The notes under the pieces: model-generated | Databases searched by the model: none | What the model was told of the DNA's origin: nothing | What the model saw: the letters and a program-made list of their open reading frames with translations, nothing else | Program-made: the position numbers and the translations under genes | Origin: an uncultured Methanoregulaceae archaeon | GTDB lineage: Archaea > Halobacteriota > Methanomicrobia > Methanomicrobiales > Methanospirillaceae | Length of the DNA stretch: 64,000 bases | NCBI GenBank assembly: GCA_963768845.1 | Contig: CAVYJJ010000014.1 | Span: 201,371 to 265,370, forward strand | Direction of reading: 5' to 3' | In this document: one piece after another, positions 56,448-64,000 of the stretch | Layout of the letters: each line of letters opens with the position of its first letter | Position numbering within the stretch: the first letter of the stretch is position 1

Positions 56448-57968
56448 TTGAAAAAATTCTCTTTTATTGCACATATGCCCAATACCCCTGGATCACTCCA
56501 CAGGGCAGCAGAGATCATTCAAAAATACGACGGAAATATCAACCGCATACAATATGATCGACGGATCGATCCCTCAACGGTATTCTATGAAGTAACAGCT
56601 TCTGAGGACGCATTCAGACAGATCACAGAGGATCTTACCCGGATCGGGTATCTTCAGACATCATTAAAACCACTTGATTTTTTAAAGATCTGCGTATATC
56701 TTCCCCACAAGCCTGGTGCTCTCTATGAGTTCCTGAATTTTACCACATCCGCAGGCGCCAATATCGCTTTTATCGATTTTGATGACAAAGGAAGACATCC
56801 TGATCGCCTTACGGTCAGCCTGAACCTTGAACAGAACTCTGTGGTCGACCGATTGTTAGACCAGCTGAAATCACGCTATCGTCTCGATATCATTGAATAT
56901 GATACCACGGGGAAACATCTCGATGATACCGTATTTTATGTAAGGTATGCACAGGCAGTTCGTGAACTTATCGGGGAATCTGAAGAGAATTTTTTGCTCT
57001 CTTTCCTCGCTGATACGAATCATATCGTGCAGGAACTGATGGATCGCGGAAATGATCCGCGCAAGGTCTTTGAAAGCGTTCTCCTGACGGGAAAGACAAT
57101 GTGGGCAACAACAAATGACGGGTTCTATGCAGACATCCAGAAATTTAAAATTACCGAGCAAACAACTCTTTTCTGCTTCCAGATGCCATGCGGAGGGAAT
57201 GTTTTTTTAATTACCTCTGCTGACGAGAAAGTCCTGATCGATACCGGGTACGGCATTTATCATGATGACGTGATAAAAATGCTTTCAGGATGCGGGTTGG
57301 GGGATAAACACCAGGTTTCACGAATCATTGTTACTCATGCAGACGCAGATCATTGCGGAGCTGCCGGATATTTCACCGCACCGGTTTATATGCATGAAGG
57401 TACTCTTGCAATCATCAGGAAGAACAACCGGGCGTACGGATCCCGAAGTGAACACTCTGTCCTTGAAGAGTTCTATACCAAAATGATCAATCTTTTCTCG
57501 AAATTTAATTACCAGGGCCAAATAAAATGCTTTTCAAAAAAAGAGGGCAGTATGCGGGGAATTTTTCCGGTGATTGATACATTCAGCGTCGGAGATCTCG
57601 ACCTGGAAGTCCTTGAAGGACTCGGCGGCCATACATGGGGTCAGATCTACCTGTATTCTGAAAAAGAAGGATTACTATTCGCGGCAGATAGTGTGATCAA
57701 CTTTTCAAGCCTGACAAAAGATCGTGCTGACTACAGCTCACTTGCAGCCTTTCTTGTTACCTCGGTTAATGTGGACAGCGATCTCGCAAAAAAAGAACGC
57801 AGGGCTCTTCTGGAGATCGCTTTTCAGACTGATAATGAACTTGCGGCCAAAGGTAAGCGATGCCTCATCTGCGGAGGTCATGGTGCCGTATCGGTTCTTG
57901 AAAAGGACAAACTCATGGTATTTGGTACCGTCGAGCGATATCAACACCGCCAGCCATGTCCTCGGTAG
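56448..57968 (+). CDS. Tandem-ACT-domain MBL-fold metallohydrolase
   Basis: MPNTPGSLHRAAEII...GNI and LPHKPGALYEFL...GANI (ACT-like); LIDTGYG, THADADHCG, GGHT, AADS, GGHG. Confidence 0.8.
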   Translation: MKKFSFIAHMPNTPGSLHRAAEIIQKYDGNINRIQYDRRIDPSTVFYEVTASEDAFRQITEDLTRIGYLQTSLKPLDFLKICVYLPHKPGALYEFLNFTTSAGANIAFIDFDDKGRHPDRLTVSLNLEQNSVVDRLLDQLKSRYRLDIIEYDTTGKHLDDTVFYVRYAQAVRELIGESEENFLLSFLADTNHIVQELMDRGNDPRKVFESVLLTGKTMWATTNDGFYADIQKFKITEQTTLFCFQMPCGGNVFLITSADEKVLIDTGYGIYHDDVIKMLSGCGLGDKHQVSRIIVTHADADHCGAAGYFTAPVYMHEGTLAIIRKNNRAYGSRSEHSVLEEFYTKMINLFSKFNYQGQIKCFSKKEGSMRGIFPVIDTFSVGDLDLEVLEGLGGHTWGQIYLYSEKEGLLFAADSVINFSSLTKDRADYSSLAAFLVTSVNVDSDLAKKERRALLEIAFQTDNELAAKGKRCLICGGHGAVSVLEKDKLMVFGTVERYQHRQPCPR

Positions 57969-58145
57969 TTGCGGGGAGGAAATCGGATTACTGGCAACTT
58001 TCAGGAATGGGCCCGGGTAGTAAGATTAACTTTTAGTCATAGACAGGCAGGTCCCTTTTCTTTAAAGGTAAAAAAAACTTTTTTAAGTGCAGAAACAACT
58101 ACGAAATTCTCATCTACTATGTGATTGCATCTTTGTGCAGGAAAT

Positions 58146-58745
58146 ATGGAAAAACACAGAGTTCAGGATATGATGCGGCTGATGGCACAAAAGATCCGTG
58201 CAATCGCCAATATAATATCCGATGAAGATGTCGAAAAATTTATACAGGAACTACTCAGGGCAAAGCGCATTTATGTTATGGGGGCGGGGCGATCCGGCCT
58301 GGTTGCAAAGGCTTTTGCGATGCGCCTCATGCATCTTGGGTTTTCGGCATTTGTCGTGGGAGAGACAATTACGCCATCATTGAGCAAGGGAGATATAATG
58401 GTCATTTTCTCAGGATCCGGGAGAACCAAGACCGTTGCTGACATTGCAGAAACAGCAAAAGATATCGGGGCAAAAATCTGCCTGATAACCTCAGATGCAG
58501 AATCAAGGATCGGTAAAATTTCAGATTGCACAGTGATTATCGAGCACCACCGTGATGAGGTGAGTGATGACGCCGTTGAATTTGAGATCAGGCAGATGAT
58601 GGGTGATCATAAATCGTTTGCCCCCCTGGGGACACTCTTTGAGACAGCGTCCATGATCTTTGCCGATGCAGTAATTTCACGGCTGATGGAAATCACACAA
58701 ACAGATGAAGTCGCACTGAAGAATCGTCATACGAATGTCGAATAA
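58146..58745 (+). CDS. hxlB: 6-phospho-3-hexuloisomerase
   Basis: GAGRSGLVAKAFAMRLMHLG, SGSGRT, APLGTLFE, HTNVE. Confidence 0.93.
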   Translation: MEKHRVQDMMRLMAQKIRAIANIISDEDVEKFIQELLRAKRIYVMGAGRSGLVAKAFAMRLMHLGFSAFVVGETITPSLSKGDIMVIFSGSGRTKTVADIAETAKDIGAKICLITSDAESRIGKISDCTVIIEHHRDEVSDDAVEFEIRQMMGDHKSFAPLGTLFETASMIFADAVISRLMEITQTDEVALKNRHTNVE

Positions 58746-58756
58746 AAGGAGGCGGG

Positions 58757-59859
58757 ATGATGAAATTTGCTCGTCGGGTAGAAGGCATCGAAATATCCGG
58801 AATCAGAAAAATATTTGAAGCCGCGGGTCCGGATTCAATAAACCTGGGACTGGGTCAGCCGGATTTTGATACACCACAACATATCAAGGATGCAGCGATT
58901 AAAGCGATTCAGGATGGAAAAACCGGTTATACGAACAATACGGGAATTCCCGAACTCCGATCGGCAATCGGTAAAAAATTACATCATGAAAATGGATTAA
59001 CCTGCCAGCCGGATCATATCATTGTTACTGCCGGTGCAAGTGAAGCACTCCACATCGTTATGCAGGCACTGGTTGATCAGGGGGACCGGGTTCTCTGCCC
59101 GGACCCGGGTTTTGTATCGTACGCCTCTCTTGCCACCCTGGCTGGAGGGCGCCCGGTCAGTATGCCACTTACCCGTACCCTTCATGTTGATGTGGAGAAG
59201 GCCAAATCACTGATGGATAATGCGAAAATCATGGTTTTAAATTCCCCGGCCAATCCGACTGGTGCGGTTGAAAATAAAGAATCCATTCAGGCACTTGTTG
59301 AATATGCCAATGATGCGGGTGTGACGGTCGTTTCCGATGAGGTATACGAACATTTCATCTATGGGAAACAGCACTGGAGCGCAGCCCGTTTTGGCGAGAA
59401 TGTAATAACCATTAATGCAACAAGCAAGACGTATGCGATGACGGGCTGGCGACTGGGATATCTCGCCGCCCCGGTGGAGATCGTCGCACAATGCGTGAAG
59501 GTGCACCAGTATTGCCAGGCATGTGCAACATCAATTTCACAGTATGCGGCCCTCGCTGCCTATACCGGGGATCAGATCCGGTAAAAATGATGCGCGATGA
59601 ATACCGGGTCAGAAGGGATCTTTTCTGCAAAGGGCTTGAGAACTTGGGTTTTAAATTCCCGGTTCCCGAAGGTGCATTCTATACTTTTGTACCTATGAAA
59701 CCAGCGCTTTCCCAGAAAATTATCGAAAACGGCATAATTATTGTGCCAGGGGCAGCGTTTGGAGTAAATGCACCGGAGTATGCCCGGTTCAGCTATGCCA
59801 CCTCCCGGGAAAACCTGTACCGGGCCCTTGAACGGATTCAAAAAATAATGAGTGATTGA
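58757..59859 (+). CDS. Class I/II PLP aminotransferase (aspartate aminotransferase-like; frameshift near 59575)
   Basis: LGLGQPDF, NSPANPTG, SDEVYE, SKTYAMTGWRLG, PEGAFY, VPGAAFG. Confidence 0.9.
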
Positions 59860-59860
59860 T

Positions 59861-60899
59861 ATGGTCAGAGAATTATTGAAAAAATTATCCAACGCACATG
59901 GTGTATCAGGTAGCGAAAGCAGTGTATTTGCAGTGATAAAAAAAGAACTCAAAGATCATGTAGATGAGATACATGAAGACCCGCTTGGCAACCTGATTGC
60001 CATCAAACGGGGTAATAAATTCAAGGTGATGCTCGCTGCGCACATGGATGAAATCGGTCTGATGGTCAAATATATTGATGAGAAAGGCTTTATCCGGTTT
60101 ATCGCCCTGGGTGGCTGGTATGGTCCGACTCTTTACAACCAGCGGGTGATCCTCCATGGCTCAAAGGGAAAGTACCTTGGTGTCATCGGGGGAAAGCCCC
60201 CTCATATGATGGATGATGAAGAGCGTAAGAAAGGGGTAAAAATCGATGATATGTTCATTGATATCGGGGCAAAGAACCGGGAAGAAGTCGAATATCTCGG
60301 TATCGAGGTTGGAACACCGGTGACTGTTGACCGCGAGTTTGCCGAGCTCTGCCTATAGCAGGGTTTCCGGCAAGGCCTTTGATAATCGTGCGGGTGTAGC
60401 CATGCTCATAAAAGCCTTAAAAGAGATGGACTCTCCATTGACTATTTTTGGTGTTTTTACCGTACAGGAAGAAGTCGGGCTTAAAGGTGCACGGACAAGT
60501 GCCTATACTCTTGATCCTGACTGTGCAATAGCCACTGATGTCACTATACCCGGCGACCACCCGGGGATAGAGATGAAAGATGCGCCGGTGGAGATGGGAA
60601 AGGGACCGGTTATTACTCTCGTGGATAGCAGCGGTCGCGGGCTTATTGCAAGCCGGAAAGTGGTGAAATGGCTCAAAGATTCGGCTGACTCCCATGGAAT
60701 TCCGGTACAGCTGGAGGTCGGAAGCGGGGGGACAACGGATGCTACTGCAATTCATCTGACCAAAGGGGGAATCCCCAGTACTACGGTCAGTATCCCTTCG
60801 CGGTATATTCATTCTCCCGTAGAAGTCCTGGATATTGAAGATATTGAAGCCGGCGTAAGACTTCTTGTCGCGGCATTGAAACACAAACCAGCGTTATAA
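59861..60899 (+). CDS. M42 (TET-like) aminopeptidase (frameshift near 60350)
   Basis: AAHMDEIG, KAFDNRAG, VQEEVGLKGA, GGTTDA, RYIHSPVE. Confidence 0.92.
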
Positions 60900-61293
60900 C
60901 AATATTTTCTCTTTTTTACTACCCCCAAACAGCCCTTCTTTTCCTTTGGCCCATGCCGTGACCCCATCAAACCGTTTTTCCGCCATCCAAAGGCGTCCAT
61001 TCGCATACATTTTCCTTCAATAATTGCCTTCTGTTTGCCTGAAATCAGGCAATAATAACGTATTTCAGAATTGTGTGCCGGAATTCACCATTTTGTGCAA
61101 CCGGGTGTGATCCGAAAAGCCATTTTCTGCCAAAAGAAGCCTGAAATGAACCCGGAAATGGGAGTGACGGATATCCCCTCACGGAGCGCCTGAAAAGTGA
61201 GGTTATACACCTTAAGACGGACTACCTCCGACATAAATGATCGAAAAAAACAGAAAATCCAACTGAAAATGGATTGAGACGTGAAACGAGATA

Positions 61294-61365
61294 CGCCCCG
61301 GCCGGGACTTGAACCCGGGTCAAAAGATCCGCAATCTTCTAGGATGTCCACTACCCCACCGGGAC
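61294..61365 (-). tRNA. tRNA-Arg(GCG)
   Basis: Reverse complement GTCCCGGTGGGGTAGTGGACATCCTAGAAGATTGCGGATCTTTTGACCCGGGTTCAAGTCCCGGCCGGGGCG folds as a cloverleaf; anticodon loop TTGCGGA. Confidence 0.93.
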
Positions 61366-61521
61366 ACAGAATTTATGTCTGTCTGCTTTACTAAAATCGC
61401 TTTCATCGCATAAATACCTCACCGTTTATTGACTGCGGCTGGAGAGCGAGCGAAGAACCAACAATGAAAAAATCGATGGTAAATAATCAGGACTAAAAAA
61501 TAGTTTCGTGATACTATCCAA

Positions 61522-62280
61522 TTAAGCGGTCCATGTTGGTCGGGGTGTTGATGTTGTTCCCACCTGGATGAAATCTCTCGGATTCGGATCAAAATACGCA
61601 CAATCTGTGGATATGTTGAATTTCGAAGTGTCATCAATATTGGATTCCGGTTTGACCCAAACCATCGCAGTTGCAGTAATATTATTGCCGGCGAATTCAA
61701 TCTGCATATCATCGCGTTTCAATATTTTGAGAGTGCGGTTCAGATATTCGGAATACCCCTTCCCGGTTCCAAACCCGTCCTGAAGATAAATTTCACCGCC
61801 GGTCCTGTTCCTGACAGTAACTTCAAACCATGACACAGGACTGTAGGTATCAATTGTAATGACCTGTTCACCACCACCGGTCAATTTGGAAGTAACGACC
61901 TTTGTGTAGGTTACATTCGACGGTTTGACAGTATAGGTAATGTACATGGGGGGATTTCGCAGGTTGAATGCGATGGCAGTCTTGTTATATGCATACGTAT
62001 TGGTCGTTTGATATATGCGGCAATATCTATCCAGGGGTGACTGTGTTGTGGGCACTACCGTGTGGAACCCGCTCGCCGTTGTTTCAGTAGCAAAAGGTGT
62101 TACTTCCGAAACATAACCTGGTGTTTGTGTAACTTCTGTGGCAGGGGTCTGGTCAGGATTGAAAAAATTTCCTCCCTGTGAAGATGTCGCATTGCCTTTC
62201 GGCGGCGCAACACATCCGGATGCAGCAACAACAAGAAGTATCGTGATACAGCAGATAATCCGGGCTATTATCTCTTTCAT
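61522..62280 (-). CDS. Hypothetical lipoprotein-like secreted protein
   Basis: Hydrophobic signal ending in AASGC (lipobox-like), T/P-rich region, beta-rich domain. Confidence 0.7.
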   Translation of the reverse strand: MKEIIARIICCITILLVVAASGCVAPPKGNATSSQGGNFFNPDQTPATEVTQTPGYVSEVTPFATETTASGFHTVVPTTQSPLDRYCRIYQTTNTYAYNKTAIAFNLRNPPMYITYTVKPSNVTYTKVVTSKLTGGGEQVITIDTYSPVSWFEVTVRNRTGGEIYLQDGFGTGKGYSEYLNRTLKILKRDDMQIEFAGNNITATAMVWVKPESNIDDTSKFNISTDCAYFDPNPRDFIQVGTTSTPRPTWTA

Positions 62281-62570
62281 AATTAACATTTCAGCTATTC
62301 ATAGTAATAAAGTGTCTTTGGCGGTAAGTTCCTGAGTGAAGGAAAAATTTGGCACGAGATGATAGTGCAGGATTGGAAAAGTCATTTATCTGTGCTTATC
62401 GCGCGCCATTGTGAAACGATTTCCCTGTTTTTTCCAACAGATTGCAGTTAAAAAATAGTTCGGGATCTTGCTGCATTTGTTTTTTTTGTTTTCAGGTCAG
62501 TGAAAAAATCCCGGATAGTATTAACCGTCTCAGCAAAAGTGCATTCAAAAAACAATAAAAAATGTGCCAA

Positions 62571-62655
62571 TGCGAGGGATGGGATTCGAACCCAAGAACT
62601 CCTGCGAGATCAGGCCCTGAACCTGACGCCGTTGACCTGGCTTGGCTACCCTCGC
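62571..62655 (-). tRNA. tRNA-Leu(CAG)
   Basis: GCGAGGGTAGCCAAGCCAGGTCAACGGCGTCAGGTTCAGGGCCTGATCTCGCAGGAGTTCTTGGGTTCGAATCCCATCCCTCGCA; long variable arm; anticodon CAG. Confidence 0.94.
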
Positions 62656-62696
62656 GCTTGTATACATTATGTATGAAATTAAATAAAGATAGGGGA

Positions 62697-64000
62697 TCAC
62701 TCCCGCTTTTCTGAGTTGTTCCCATTCAGGGAACGCTTCAATTCACGTTCACGAAGTTCGTTCCGTTTTATCTTTCCCGAGATTGTCTTGGGGAGAGAGT
62801 CAACAAATTCAATAACTCGTGGATATTTGTAAGGTGCGGTAACCTTTTTCACGTGGTTCTGGATCTCCCGGACAAGAGATTCCGAAGGCCTTATTCCAGG
62901 TTTGAGAATCACAAATGCTTTAACAATAAGCCCACGGATATCATCCGGCGACCCGACCACTGCTGCCTCCTGAACTGCAGGATGTTCAATCAATGCACTC
63001 TCGACCTCGAATGGGCCAATGCGGTAGCCCGAGGCCTTAATCACATCATCGTCCCTTCCGATGAACCAGAAATATCCATCCTCATCAAGATACGCCTTGT
63101 CACCGGTGTAATAAAAACCGTCAACAAATGATTTCCGGTTCTCTTCTTCATTGTTCATATATTCCCGGAAAAGACCAACCGGACGTGGGTTAAGCCTTAT
63201 GGCAATCCTGCCTTCCTCATGCAGACCAACCTGTTTCCCCGAGTCATCATGCAGCTCGATATGCCAGCCTGGTGACGGTTTTCCCATTGACCCGAATTTC
63301 GGGGTCATGCCAGGGAATGTACCAATGCACAATACAGTCTCGGTCTGCCCATACCCTTCATAAATCGTGAGCCCGGTCGCATCTTTCCACGCCTTTATTA
63401 CCTCCGGATTGAGTGGTTCCCCTGCACTTACACAGTGCCTTAGTTCAGTAAAGTCGAATTTATCAAGATCGGCGAGGATGAGCATGCGATAGATGGTTGG
63501 TGGACAACAGAATGTGGTGATGCCATATTTCTCGAGCAGAGGCAAAATTTCAGTCGGATTGAATTTACTCCTGATATCGTAGACAAATATCGCCGCACCT
63601 TCGATCCATTGCCCATAGAGTTTTCCCCATGCACTTTTTGCCCATCCTGTATCAGAGAGCGTGAAATGGATGTCGTTTGTACGCACATCCTGCCAGAATC
63701 TCGCTGTTACAATGTGCCCGAGTGGATAACTCTGGTCGTGAATCACCATCTTAGGTTCGCCAGTGGTTCCAGACGTGAAAAAAATCACTAATGGATCGGT
63801 ACTCCTTGTCTTTTTCATACCGGGGAGGTTGACAAGTTTTGCCGAAACAGGGGCAGGATAATCCAGCTCGACCTGGTAACTAATCCATCCTGCCCGTTTA
63901 CCATCAATCATCATTCTGCAGGAAAGTGTCGGACAGTCCTTCACGATTTCATCGATCTTATCCGCATGCTCCTCACTCGTTATGACCATCTTGATATCAG
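62697..64000 (-). CDS. AMP-forming acyl-CoA synthetase (3' part; start beyond window)
   Basis: FTSGTTGEPK, SDTGWAK, SAGEPLN, EGYGQTET, GRDDDVIKASGYRIGPFEVE, LPKTISGKI. Confidence 0.9.
   Translation of the reverse strand, partial: DIKMVITSEEHADKIDEIVKDCPTLSCRMMIDGKRAGWISYQVELDYPAPVSAKLVNLPGMKKTRSTDPLVIFFTSGTTGEPKMVIHDQSYPLGHIVTARFWQDVRTNDIHFTLSDTGWAKSAWGKLYGQWIEGAAIFVYDIRSKFNPTEILPLLEKYGITTFCCPPTIYRMLILADLDKFDFTELRHCVSAGEPLNPEVIKAWKDATGLTIYEGYGQTETVLCIGTFPGMTPKFGSMGKPSPGWHIELHDDSGKQVGLHEEGRIAIRLNPRPVGLFREYMNNEEENRKSFVDGFYYTGDKAYLDEDGYFWFIGRDDDVIKASGYRIGPFEVESALIEHPAVQEAAVVGSPDDIRGLIVKAFVILKPGIRPSESLVREIQNHVKKVTAPYKYPRVIEFVDSLPKTISGKIKRNELRERELKRSLNGNNSEKRE

Noticed and set aside
61085-61351. 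88-aa ORF, and 62492-62725
   Set aside because: They are translations running through the tRNA-Arg and tRNA-Leu genes.
61294-62655. Integrated element between the two tRNAs
   Set aside because: No integrase and no duplicated tRNA 3' end (att site) were seen; there is only one lipoprotein-like gene.
1-64000. CRISPR array, rRNA, transposase or prophage
   Set aside because: No regularly spaced direct repeats, rRNA-like segments, or transposase, integrase or capsid motifs were found by eye.

Overview
This is archaeal chromosomal DNA, most consistent with a hydrogenotrophic methanogen of the Methanomicrobiales (Methanoregula-like). That placement rests on cofE, the sec61beta-USP-CBS-psmB-aCPSF1 block, PAN, hxlB, pdaD and wHTH-multi-PAS/HEAT proteins. 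Most of the window is housekeeping: hemB-hemL-hemC-cobA, the cbiTLFGHCDE corrin operon, mutS-mutL-mutY-like, moaA, rlmE, peptidases and two tRNAs (Arg-GCG, Leu-CAG). About 25 genes, including essential ones, carry single-base indels, which look like uncorrected long-read errors; the apparent HemB-HemL fusion is one of these. The standout is a six-gene minus-strand operon at 47079-55272: bacterial-type acetyl-CoA synthase (AcsB), corrinoid Fe-S protein (AcsD/AcsC), an ASKHA corrinoid reactivase, a folate-independent core-MetE (MesB-like) methionine synthase and CooC/AcsF. It has no CO dehydrogenase and no AcsE methyltransferase, so it is a candidate stand-alone acetyl-CoA/corrinoid-to-methionine module in a methanogen. 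Other points of interest are a 2H-phosphoesterase/calcineurin-like fusion beside a HAD phosphatase, a shared non-PGF C-terminal sorting-like motif, an Fe-S-free MutY variant, an ACT-ACT-MBL hydrolase and a MITE-like intergenic element.
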